Shown one piece after another: positions 15,862 to 24,598 of a stretch of DNA of 64,000 nt. Within the stretch, counting starts at the first letter, position 1. Each line of letters starts with the position of its first letter. The notes beneath the pieces were generated by a model. The model had not been told where the DNA came from. It saw only the letters and a program-made list of their open reading frames with translations, and ran no database searches. The position numbers and the translations under genes were made by a program. This DNA comes from a virus: positions 1-64,000 of IMG/VR virus record IMGVR_UViG_3300033145_001047; one strand, written 5' to 3'.

Positions 15862-16610
15862 TTTCTATCACCCCCTTCGGTGTTCATGAGTAGCTCTGTC
15901 TCCTTGACCTTCCGTCTGTTCTCGTACCGGACCAGGGTCCGTTCGAGAAAGGCCGAGCTGTACTTGAACCGGAGACGCTTCTCCGCTTCGCTTTCCAGCT
16001 CTTCATGTACCCGAGCTATACAGCCCTTCTTCGTCCCCCCTCCTACGTGGAGGACATCAGTCGTGTAGCAGTACCCGGTCTTCCACCAGTCCGACCACTC
16101 CAGCCTGGTGAAGAACTCGCGGTCCTCCCCCAGGTAGAACTTCGGGTCGAACGACCCGAGGTCAGCCAAGCATTTCCGGCGGACCATGCAGAAGGAAAGA
16201 CTTCCGAAGGTGGCCACTCCCGACTCGTCATGTACCCTCGCCTCTATGAGGCCGATGTGGTCGTCTATGACATAATTCCACATCTTGTCGACCCATTCCG
16301 GGTCCTGTACTTCGACGTCGCTGTCGATCATGGCCACCCACTCAGCCCGTCCTACCGCCAGGCCGCGCCGTCGTCCTTCGCCGACGCCGACGTTCTTCTG
16401 GCATGTGACCAGGTGCCCTACTACCTCACTGTCAAAGAGCCATTCCTTCGAGCCGTCCTTCGACTTCTGGTCGACGACGACAAGAGTATAGTGTCCCGCC
16501 GTTGTCTCCTGCACTGACCGGATACATCTCTCGACATACCCGGCGTTGTTGCAGTTCAAGATTAGGACGTCAATCGCGTCCGCTATTTTCGCCACTCTTC
16601 CGGCATCCAT
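15858..16610 (-). CDS. Glycosyltransferase family 2
   Basis: VLILNCN...VVVDQKSKDGS...WVAMIDSDV (DxD)...GEDREF...VLHVGG. Lies directly after the major capsid gene. Confidence 0.9.
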   Translation of the reverse strand: MDAGRVAKIADAIDVLILNCNNAGYVERCIRSVQETTAGHYTLVVVDQKSKDGSKEWLFDSEVVGHLVTCQKNVGVGEGRRRGLAVGRAEWVAMIDSDVEVQDPEWVDKMWNYVIDDHIGLIEARVHDESGVATFGSLSFCMVRRKCLADLGSFDPKFYLGEDREFFTRLEWSDWWKTGYCYTTDVLHVGGGTKKGCIARVHEELESEAEKRLRFKYSSAFLERTLVRYENRRKVKETELLMNTEGGDRK

Positions 16611-16643
16611 TCCAGGCCCTACGGCCCGATTATTCCAGGGAGA

Positions 16644-17606
16644 CTATGCTACCTGGAGGCTGTGTTTGATCGCGTCGATCTCTACGGTCGCGTCGGCTTC
16701 TTCCAGCTTGAAGTCGATACGCATGGTTATCGTCACTTCGACGATTCTTTTCCTGGGGACTCGCTCCATTTCCAGCATCACATCTCTGTGAACGCCATAG
16801 ATGAAGTTCTTCGGGTTAATCAGCAAACCCTTCGAGCCGTAGACCGTCGGCGTACCGGCATCCACGTCTTCCGTCAGTATTGCCGGGACCTTCACAACGT
16901 CTATGCCCTGGTACGTGGGCGTCTGTGCTTCGAGCAGGTAGCGGGTGAACGCTTCGGACACGCCCACGTCGGCCAGCTCAGAAATGTAGTCCAGTCTCGC
17001 CAGGTGGGAGACGTAGAATCGGAAGTTGTTTTCGTCGTCGATGTACTTCCCCGGCATCGACTGGTACGCGGTCTTGAGCACGTCCGGGCTCAGAGTCGCT
17101 TCGAGTGCATCGTAGACATTGCCCCCGGCGGTCGTCTGCTTGAACATTCCGTCCAAGACATCCAGGACGGTCCCACCTGTTCCGGCACTGTCTCCGTAGA
17201 GACTGAGCCAGTCCATGTCGAACGCGGCCTTCGCCTGGGTCAAGTTCATGATCGTATCCATGATACGACCGCCTTCGATTGAGTCCTCCAGGGCATCGTA
17301 TCCGATGTCCGTGGCGATTATGACCTCCTCGGCGGACAGGACGACTTTACTCGTCACCGGCTCCGTTATGGTCGTGTGCTCCGTACCCTGGGCCACCGGC
17401 TTCTGCAGCACTCGGGCCGAGTAGGTTATCTTGTCTATCTGTCGCTTGTTCGCGGTCATTGCCTCACGGCGATACTCCGCTATCAGGACAGACTTGTCGA
17501 TGATTCCGCGCACGAATGAGCCAGCTTGTTCGGGGTTCAGGAGTCCCCCGTTCGCCAGGTCGCTCGTATCAAACGCTTTCTCAAGAACTTCGTCTATCGT
17601 CTTCAT
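16644..17606 (-). CDS. Major capsid protein (HK97 fold, PBSX XkdG-like)
   Basis: KAFDTSDLANGGLLNPEQA-x-x-F N-terminus, LEDSIEG, NPKNFIYG, and position after the protease and scaffold. Start reassigned to the ATG at 17606 (GGAGG RBS). Confidence 0.9.
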   Translation of the reverse strand: MKTIDEVLEKAFDTSDLANGGLLNPEQAGSFVRGIIDKSVLIAEYRREAMTANKRQIDKITYSARVLQKPVAQGTEHTTITEPVTSKVVLSAEEVIIATDIGYDALEDSIEGGRIMDTIMNLTQAKAAFDMDWLSLYGDSAGTGGTVLDVLDGMFKQTTAGGNVYDALEATLSPDVLKTAYQSMPGKYIDDENNFRFYVSHLARLDYISELADVGVSEAFTRYLLEAQTPTYQGIDVVKVPAILTEDVDAGTPTVYGSKGLLINPKNFIYGVHRDVMLEMERVPRKRIVEVTITMRIDFKLEEADATVEIDAIKHSLQVA

Positions 17607-17670
17607 TATGTTTCTGTCACCTCCCCTCAGTTTGCGATAGCACTTCCAGCACAACAGTATCCCGGATGGA

Positions 17671-19197
17671 CTACTTCCCCTTCAAGGCATCCTTGAACGG
17701 GTCGGCCCCTCCGCTGGTCTTGTCTTTCTCTTCGACGTCCAGTGACGTCTTGATCGAGAACTTCTCTTCCAACACCTTGAGCGTTTTCTCGAACCTCTTC
17801 CCGAGGGTCTCTATGTCCTGGAGCCGCTTCTCAGCGGCGTCCTTCTTTTCCGTTTCCTTCTTCTCGGCTTCGACCTTCTCGGCGTCCGCCTTCTTCTCGG
17901 CCTCGGTCTTCTCCTCGGCTTCTTTCTTTTCCGCCTCGATCTTCTCGTCGGCTTTCTTCTTCTCGGCTTCGGCTTCCTCGGCTTTCGCCTTCTCCGCCGC
18001 TGCCTTCTCTTCGTCGGTCAGCATGAACCCCGCGCTTTTCAGCTCGGCGACCATTGCCTCGACAGTTTCACCGATTCCCTTGAGGGCCTCGATGGGCTCT
18101 GAAAGTTCTGACTTCAAAGCCTCGAACTCTTCTCTCAGTTTCTCCAGCTCGTCCACTTGTGAACTCACCCCCTTTTCAGTTGAATCCCCCGCCTCGGCGA
18201 CTATGGCCTGTAACGCGGCCTCGATTTTCTCCGCGCTTATTTCCCGGCCCTCCTTCTCGACCTCAGTGAGAGGTTCGAGCTGCTTATCGAACACAGCGTC
18301 CATCATCTGGAACGCGAAGTCCTTGCAATCGTCGATGATCTCGTTAATGGCACCGTCCGGTTCCTCGATTTCGGCGCTCATGAGCACGGTCTCGGTGACC
18401 GCGTACCTCATAGCGTCGAACATCCTCTCAATTGCCACGCCTCTCAGGTGACGCTTGAACCAATCCACCATGACTTCCTTCGGTGTCTTGTCCGCCGCCT
18501 TGATCTTCTTGGCCATTTTCAGCAGCGTGTTTTTTGCCACGCTCTTGAGTTCCTCGAACAGCTCGGTGATCTCCGCCTTCTTCTCGGCGAGACTCAGCTT
18601 GTCGTCGTAGGCCGTCCACCAGAATCCCTCCTGGAGTGTCTCGACCGCCGCCTCGGACATCTTGATTATCAGTTGGGCGTTGAAGTGCACTATGGCCATA
18701 GACTTGATAATCACTTCCGGGAAGTCCATGTCCAGCTTCTTGTAGTATTTCTTCGCGTGGTTCAGGACGCGCTTCTTGTCCTCGGTCGGTATCTTGGCCG
18801 ACCGGATTCTCTGCACCACTGCGAAGATTGCCCTGGGGACGGCCTTGAGCGTCCCGCCGACGATGTCCGCGTACGGCAGCTTGTACCCGCCGAACTCTTT
18901 CGCGTTCTTCGAGTCGTACCACATGAATCCCTTGCGGTACTTCGCCCAGTCGATGTCGTCCTTCTTAGGACCACCGGCCCACTTCGCCAGCCTCTTCTTC
19001 GCTGCACTTGCGTCCCACGCTCTTCCCTTCGCAGCAAGAGGAAGGCCCTGGTACGACGTCGCACCCTTGACCTCGACGACCTTCTCGTCGCGTCTCTTAT
19101 ATAGAAGTATCTGAGCGTCGGGGACGGCGGGGCGGTCTACGATTGCTATTCGATCCACACGAGTAGCTCTCAAATTATACAACGCTTCCGGTGACAT
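17671..19197 (-). CDS. Capsid scaffold/assembly protein
   Basis: N-terminal IAIVDRPA protease-like strand, an inserted WD...YKLPYAD domain, and a long E/K coiled coil ending DPFKDALKGK. Confidence 0.7.
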   Translation of the reverse strand: MSPEALYNLRATRVDRIAIVDRPAVPDAQILLYKRRDEKVVEVKGATSYQGLPLAAKGRAWDASAAKKRLAKWAGGPKKDDIDWAKYRKGFMWYDSKNAKEFGGYKLPYADIVGGTLKAVPRAIFAVVQRIRSAKIPTEDKKRVLNHAKKYYKKLDMDFPEVIIKSMAIVHFNAQLIIKMSEAAVETLQEGFWWTAYDDKLSLAEKKAEITELFEELKSVAKNTLLKMAKKIKAADKTPKEVMVDWFKRHLRGVAIERMFDAMRYAVTETVLMSAEIEEPDGAINEIIDDCKDFAFQMMDAVFDKQLEPLTEVEKEGREISAEKIEAALQAIVAEAGDSTEKGVSSQVDELEKLREEFEALKSELSEPIEALKGIGETVEAMVAELKSAGFMLTDEEKAAAEKAKAEEAEAEKKKADEKIEAEKKEAEEKTEAEKKADAEKVEAEKKETEKKDAAEKRLQDIETLGKRFEKTLKVLEEKFSIKTSLDVEEKDKTSGGADPFKDALKGK

Positions 19198-19210
19198 GCC
19201 CCCTCCTAGA

Positions 19211-20374
19211 TTATTTAATCGGCTCTCGGACTCCTGCGATTCGTACGGAGAATCCCTTGTACTCTCCGCTCAGGACCTTGTTCCACACATCCTTGTCGTG
19301 GATTTTCACGGCCCCGAACCACGTGCCCTTCTTCAACTTCGTGTCGAAGAACTTGATGTCGTCGCGCCACGCGACTGCCGATTCGACGATGTCTGCACGG
19401 ATGATATCCTTGTGCATCTCGTCTATAACCCGATAGTCCACGATGAAACCGTGAGCTACCTTTTCTACGTCCTCGGTGGAGATAACGTCACCGTGATGGT
19501 CCGCCTCCTCCGGGACAAGGAACACGCCGTAGAGGAGCTGCTTCATCTTGTCGACTTTGACAATCTGTTGCTCACCCTCTCCGGACATGACTGATATGTC
19601 GACGATGGTCTCTTCGAGAGACTTGCCTACCATTTGCGTCCCGCACTTCGGGCACTTCTTGTTCGAGCAGGGAATTCCCTTCTCGTGAGCAATCTCGACA
19701 CCACATTCAGGACATACACACTTCGAGGCACCCCCGTCACCTTGACGCGACCCTCCCTGTCCTTGTCCTTGTCCTCGTGCTTTTGAGTCTTCGTCTTCGT
19801 GGTAGGATTTATTGACCGTGTCTTCGGGATTGTCTGCAGGAACGAGGCCAGCCTCTACTTGTTCGCCTACCTGGGTGTTATCCACTGAGCCTTCTCCGTA
19901 GTCCTCGGGTTCCTTTCCTGAAAGTATACCGGCGTCTTCTTCTGTGTCAACTCCTGATTCAGTATTTTCTTCCGTATTTTCGGGCTCCTCTACGTCGATC
20001 ACTTCCTTCGGCTCTGCATCTTCTTCCTCTTTCTTGACTTCCTCCTCGCCGTTCTCCAGGGCGAACGCCTTCCCCTGGGGCCAGAACGCCCTGGGTCCTT
20101 CCTCGAATACGGCGATAATCTTCGTGAAGCCGTCCTCCGCTTTCCCGACCTCGGTGAGGGAGAGAATCTTCGGGTGGCGCTCCTCGACCCAGTTCTTCGC
20201 CGTCTCTTCCGTCCAGCCCTTCGACGTCATGAAGGAATACGTGACGATCTTTCTGTCGTCCAGACAGTACAGCGCCTTGATTCCCTCCTCCTCGCATACC
20301 ATGATCGTCCGGACCTGGTGCCCGTGGTGTCCCCCGTTCTCTTCGGGGACGAGTACTCCTATCTCTTCGCTCAT
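19211..20374 (-). CDS. XkdF-like prohead serine protease
   Basis: C-terminal YGVFLVPEEADHHGD...IDEMH...VES...KGTW...W-x-KV-x-SGEYKGFS. Internal CVCPECG...PC-x-x-x-KCPKCG module. Confidence 0.85.
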   Translation of the reverse strand: MSEEIGVLVPEENGGHHGHQVRTIMVCEEEGIKALYCLDDRKIVTYSFMTSKGWTEETAKNWVEERHPKILSLTEVGKAEDGFTKIIAVFEEGPRAFWPQGKAFALENGEEEVKKEEEDAEPKEVIDVEEPENTEENTESGVDTEEDAGILSGKEPEDYGEGSVDNTQVGEQVEAGLVPADNPEDTVNKSYHEDEDSKARGQGQGQGGSRQGDGGASKCVCPECGVEIAHEKGIPCSNKKCPKCGTQMVGKSLEETIVDISVMSGEGEQQIVKVDKMKQLLYGVFLVPEEADHHGDVISTEDVEKVAHGFIVDYRVIDEMHKDIIRADIVESAVAWRDDIKFFDTKLKKGTWFGAVKIHDKDVWNKVLSGEYKGFSVRIAGVREPIK

Positions 20375-20712
20375 TACAGGCTCCCCTTTCCGAGAGTGTC
20401 CTCGACTATCTTCTTGTCGTGGTCATGCTCTTCCGACTTCGTGACATGTATGTTCAGAACGCCGTCCTTCCGCTGAATAACGTGGAAGGTGTCCCCGCTG
20501 TTCGCCTCTTGCGCCAGGAAGCGGAGGACATCTCCGCTGAACTTCACCGCGCCGACCGTGATGATGTCCGTCGCGTTGTCATATTTGAAGACGAACATCT
20601 CGTCCAGCTTCTTCTGCAGTGCGCCCCTCTTCTTGTCGAGCACCGCCTTCACGATGTCAAGCACCACGATCACCGCCAGCACCACCATCCACACCGCCGT
20701 CCATATCTCCAT
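20374..20712 (-). CDS. Small membrane-anchored hypothetical protein
   Basis: MEIWTAVWMVVLAVIVVLDIV hydrophobic N-terminus. Start reassigned to 20712. Confidence 0.65.
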   Translation of the reverse strand: MEIWTAVWMVVLAVIVVLDIVKAVLDKKRGALQKKLDEMFVFKYDNATDIITVGAVKFSGDVLRFLAQEANSGDTFHVIQRKDGVLNIHVTKSEEHDHDKKIVEDTLGKGSL

Positions 20713-20714
20713 GT

Positions 20715-20975
20715 TTAATACCTCTCGGCCTCCGCCAGGTCTTCCTTGATTCGGTCCTTGATAAACTGCCGGACCTTTGTCGCCTCCGCCTCCGTGATCT
20801 CCACGGCACCGTCGGACTCCCCGGTAATATACCGCGACAGCTCCGGGTCCGCCACCCACTTGTCCGAGTCGTCGATGTGCTCGAACGATATCTCGTCCTC
20901 GGTCTCGGTCATACGGAACAGGCCGCTCGGCAAGTTCACTCCGATTCCCACGATCTTGAAGTACTTCACGCTCAT
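20715..20975 (-). CDS. Small acidic protein, candidate immunity protein
   Basis: 86 aa, coupled by an ATGA overlap to the RelA/SpoT-like gene. YF...W...EITE-x-EA pattern. Confidence 0.6.
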   Translation of the reverse strand: MSVKYFKIVGIGVNLPSGLFRMTETEDEISFEHIDDSDKWVADPELSRYITGESDGAVEITEAEATKVRQFIKDRIKEDLAEAERY

Positions 20976-21646
20976 ATTCCCAGTGCTCCCTCGGGGACCC
21001 GGACGTCTTCCTCCCAGGTTTTCCGGAGTGTCTCGATATATCCCTTCCTCTTCTTGTCGCTCCTCGTCTCCTGCAGCTTCTTATATACCGGGTGAGAGAC
21101 TCGTTCCTTGACGTCCAGGCTCTTCGCCGTGTGGAACTGCAGCTCGAACTTCTTGCCGGTCGGGTCGGTGACGACGGTGTTCACTCCCTTGTACACTCCC
21201 TGTCCGGCCTTCTTCGGGTTCCAGTAGTTCTTCACCTCGTCGACCTTGTAGCCCTTCTTCTTGAGCGTCCCCAGGGTGTTCTTCACCCCCGCCGTGTAGT
21301 TCTTCTCCGGGAACTGCACCGTGTACCTGAGCGAATCGTTCAGGCGGTTGGTCGTGACGTTGTTCACGTTCATGGCGGGGTTCGCTTTCAGCTCCCGCTT
21401 GATCTTCGTCACCATCGAGTCCTTCGTCTTGAACTTGTACTTGAGCCCGACCATCTTCCCTTTGTTCGCTTTCGCCGACGCTTTCATAGCAGCGGTCACC
21501 TGTTTCTCGGCAGCTCTCGCCGTGGCCATGACGGTGTCCGCCGTGACCTCTATCTGCAGATTGAGCGGAGCTGACCCGAAGCCGAGAATCTTCGCGCACG
21601 GATTCAGGATACCGGACCCCGCCCCCTTCAAGTATATCCTCACCAT
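20972..21646 (-). CDS. RelA/SpoT-like nucleotide pyrophosphokinase (SAS, Apk2/Tas1-like)
   Basis: Synthetase-like motifs in the expected order: KFKTKDSMVTKI, NDSLRYT, YKGVN, FELQFHT, SHPVYK. Confidence 0.78.
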   Translation of the reverse strand: MVRIYLKGAGSGILNPCAKILGFGSAPLNLQIEVTADTVMATARAAEKQVTAAMKASAKANKGKMVGLKYKFKTKDSMVTKIKRELKANPAMNVNNVTTNRLNDSLRYTVQFPEKNYTAGVKNTLGTLKKKGYKVDEVKNYWNPKKAGQGVYKGVNTVVTDPTGKKFELQFHTAKSLDVKERVSHPVYKKLQETRSDKKRKGYIETLRKTWEEDVRVPEGALGI

Positions 21647-21903
21647 GCCCGGACCTCGTAGAACTTCGCCCCGATGTCTTCCTTCTTGTCGAACACGTAC
21701 CCCTTCTCCGTGATGTACTTCTCGAACCGCTCGGCCAGCTCGACTTCCTTCTCCCCGTCTATGATGATACCGAGCTGTGCCAGCACGTAGTCCTCGAACG
21801 GTCCCACCATCGTCGCGGGGTAGTCCTCGCTCCTCACCATCTTCAACAGCACGAGGAACGAATCGAACAGCTCGACCTCTTCGGCGAATATGTAGTTAAT
21901 CAT
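21640..21903 (-). CDS. Small acidic hypothetical protein (possible immunity partner of the MuF C-terminus)
   Basis: MINYIFAEEVELFD..., 87 aa. ATG overlaps the MuF stop (ATGA). Confidence 0.6.
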   Translation of the reverse strand: MINYIFAEEVELFDSFLVLLKMVRSEDYPATMVGPFEDYVLAQLGIIIDGEKEVELAERFEKYITEKGYVFDKKEDIGAKFYEVRAW

Positions 21904-23063
21904 ACGGCCAGCCCGTGCATCTTTCTGCACTCGCGGTATTGCCGGGACAGACTGCCGAACTGTTTCTTCGGGACCTTCGCAATCGTCGCCGCCTGTTGGC
22001 CGCTGTACTTCCCGAGGAGCTGGTACGCCTTGTTCACCTGTCCGGCGCGGACCATCTTCTGGAGACGGTTCAACTGTGCCAGGGGCATCTTCATCATTTG
22101 CATGATACCCACGCCGCCCTCGGACATCGGCTTCGCGTAGAGCTTCTGCATTGCCGCGTCCCGACCCTTCGGCTGACTCACCTGTCCGCCGGTCCAGGGG
22201 ATGGTACAGTCCTTCGAGTCTCCTTTCTCCCCCTTGCAGTACGTGACCTCCTCTATGACAGGATACTCCGCACACCGACAGTTAATGACCTCCTCCGCCG
22301 CTCCGCCTGGGTCCAGGGGATGCAGTAGCCCGTTCGAGAATCGCTCTTTGATTCCGATTTCCACCCCGTCCAGGCCCACGTGAGTCGCCCTGGTCGCCCC
22401 GTCTATCAGAGCCCTCCAGCCCTTCTTCGTGACGTCGTTCCGGACATACGTCTCGTGCTGCACCGTCTGACTCGCTATGCCGGTCTCCGTCCGGGCTATC
22501 GTCCAGGCTCTCTTCGGGTACGTCTTGGCGAACATGCCCTTGATATCCTTCCGAACCTGGTACGGGGACAATCCCTCTTTCATGTACCCGGTGTAGAGCG
22601 TGTTCTGGAACTTCTTGAGCGTAGTCGCGGAGATGTCGCCGGTGATCTTGGTCCCCCGTCTCCGCAGCTCGTCCATGACGCCGGGGTCCTTGAGATGGAA
22701 GGCCAGGGAGATACCGAGGTCCTTCAATCCCGCCGCGCCCCCCAGGTTCCCGCCCCTCTCCTCGTAGTGGTGCAGGACGTCCTCCATCTTGTCGTCACCG
22801 ACGCGCTTGTCCCAGTCCTTGAAGAAGTAGTCGATCACTTCCCGGTCGGCGGTCTCCGACTTCTCGATCTCCTCCTCGCTCTTTTGAAGGACTAGGCGCT
22901 TGTCATAGAGTTCGGGGTGTTCCTTGCGGGAGTATGCGGCCAGCTTCTCCCAGGCGTCCTCGTCGCTGAGCATCTTCATCGTACCGGCGAACTGTTCCTC
23001 GAAGACTTTCTTCAAGTCCTTCTGGCAGTCACGGACGGCGACCTCGAAGCCGACCGACTTCAT
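21900..23063 (-). CDS. MuF / SPP1 gp7 minor head protein with C-terminal extension
   Basis: IARTET...KKGW...D-x-x-TR-x-TH...P-x-DP...EVINCRC, then about 110 extra residues. Start uncertain. Confidence 0.88.
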   Translation of the reverse strand: MKSVGFEVAVRDCQKDLKKVFEEQFAGTMKMLSDEDAWEKLAAYSRKEHPELYDKRLVLQKSEEEIEKSETADREVIDYFFKDWDKRVGDDKMEDVLHHYEERGGNLGGAAGLKDLGISLAFHLKDPGVMDELRRRGTKITGDISATTLKKFQNTLYTGYMKEGLSPYQVRKDIKGMFAKTYPKRAWTIARTETGIASQTVQHETYVRNDVTKKGWRALIDGATRATHVGLDGVEIGIKERFSNGLLHPLDPGGAAEEVINCRCAEYPVIEEVTYCKGEKGDSKDCTIPWTGGQVSQPKGRDAAMQKLYAKPMSEGGVGIMQMMKMPLAQLNRLQKMVRAGQVNKAYQLLGKYSGQQAATIAKVPKKQFGSLSRQYRECRKMHGLAV

Positions 23064-23115
23064 GGCCGGTAGCTTCCCCTTCGCCTTCCGTGCGAGTACG
23101 CTGCAGGAACAGGGT

Positions 23116-24597
23116 CTACGCCTCGGGACCGTCCTCGTCGAGGTAGTCCGAGGCGTCCGTGTCGCCAAGTCCCTTTTCGCTACCGAGTTCTCCAGCCTTG
23201 AGGCTAGGGTCTGTATCGGAAACTTTTCCAGTGTCACTTTTCTCCACCTTCTCACCTACCGGCACAAAGTTCGACACGACGTAGTATATGTCACCGCCGT
23301 CATACGGCTCCTCGCCTCGCGCTCTCAGTATATCGTTCGGAGTCTTCACCCCCATCCCGACGTCGATCTCGTCTATCTCAGACTGCAGCTTCTCGTCAGT
23401 GATGTCGATGTCCAGGAACTCAAGTGTGTAGCTGTCGATCTCGAACACGTCCTTGATAATCAGCTCGTTGAATATCCACTGGAATTGATTCTGCCGAGGA
23501 GTGACCACGCTCTCCAGGTATATCTGGTCGACGTCTCGCGCCACGCTGCCGCCGAGCTGCCCCTTAATAACGATTCCGGCCCGGTACGGGGGAACGTGGT
23601 GGGCCGTGAGGATGTCGTCCTTATTGTCTTGCCGGAACATCCGGAAGGACGCTTCCTTCGTCTCGACACTCAGGCGCTCGAAATGCACCTTGCCGCCGCC
23701 CTTGAGCGTGAACACCAGAATCCGGTGGGGGTTCTTCACGAGTTCGGTCTCGAAGTACTTCTGTATCTCTTCCTTGACACCCTTCCCGAGCTTCGCACCC
23801 TCGACGACCACCGCGTACGCCGGGACACCGAAGTGAGTGAAGAACTCCATATTGAACTCTTTCTCTTTCTGTTCCCCGAACATGGTGAATACAGCCGGGA
23901 GCCACTCGGGGGCTCCGTAGTAGTTCGACTTCCAGGTGTACTGGTAGACCTGTATGAGTTCGTGGGCTTGCTTCTCCGGCGGTGTCGATTCCTTGAACTC
24001 GCCGGTCTCCCGGTTCAGTATCCGCTCGTCGCCGAACCGCTTGAAGTACACCTTGTTCATGCCGACCTTCTGAATCCAGCGTTCCTTGTCGGACATGAGG
24101 GCGACCGTCGTCGAGTTCACATGGTAGAGGGTGCACTTCTTCTCCTCGGTGATACCGCGCACGACCTCGAAGTATCCGTTCCCGCATCCCTCGTAGTCTA
24201 TGCCGGTCTTCTTGCACAGCTCGGATACGTCGGAGTTCTCGTTCACTCTCTTGAAGAACTCGTTCAACTGATTGTACTCGGTGTCGGTCGCGTTCTTCCC
24301 CTCGACCTCGACCAGCTTCCAGCCAACACCGAATGAGTCTTGTATCTTCGTCCGGATGCACGAGGCATGTGTGACCGATATGTCCATCCACTGCAGCAGC
24401 TTCTTCTGGTCGTACGGGGGCTTGATAACCTGCTTGCCCCAGTTCTGCTCCTCGACCTGTTGCGTCTGAGGCATCTCGAACCGCTTAAGGTCCCGGTCAG
24501 AGAACAGCCGACCCCTGTCTGTGATGTACAGGGTCTCCAGCAGTCCTTCCTTTTCGTCTCCGCTCTTGTCCTTCTTCGTCGTCTTCTTCTTGGCCAT
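23116..24597 (-). CDS. Portal protein (PBSX family)
   Basis: PPYD, H-x-SCI-x-x-K, GNGYFEV, YYGAPEW, AHHVPPYRAGI, TPNDILR. Position after terminase. Confidence 0.92.
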   Translation of the reverse strand: MAKKKTTKKDKSGDEKEGLLETLYITDRGRLFSDRDLKRFEMPQTQQVEEQNWGKQVIKPPYDQKKLLQWMDISVTHASCIRTKIQDSFGVGWKLVEVEGKNATDTEYNQLNEFFKRVNENSDVSELCKKTGIDYEGCGNGYFEVVRGITEEKKCTLYHVNSTTVALMSDKERWIQKVGMNKVYFKRFGDERILNRETGEFKESTPPEKQAHELIQVYQYTWKSNYYGAPEWLPAVFTMFGEQKEKEFNMEFFTHFGVPAYAVVVEGAKLGKGVKEEIQKYFETELVKNPHRILVFTLKGGGKVHFERLSVETKEASFRMFRQDNKDDILTAHHVPPYRAGIVIKGQLGGSVARDVDQIYLESVVTPRQNQFQWIFNELIIKDVFEIDSYTLEFLDIDITDEKLQSEIDEIDVGMGVKTPNDILRARGEEPYDGGDIYYVVSNFVPVGEKVEKSDTGKVSDTDPSLKAGELGSEKGLGDTDASDYLDEDGPEA

Positions 24598-24598
24598 G

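Noticed and set aside
19191-19215. Stop read-through or frameshift fusing protease and scaffold
   Set aside because: The genes are in different frames, the scaffold has its own AGGAGG RBS, and no slippery site is evident.
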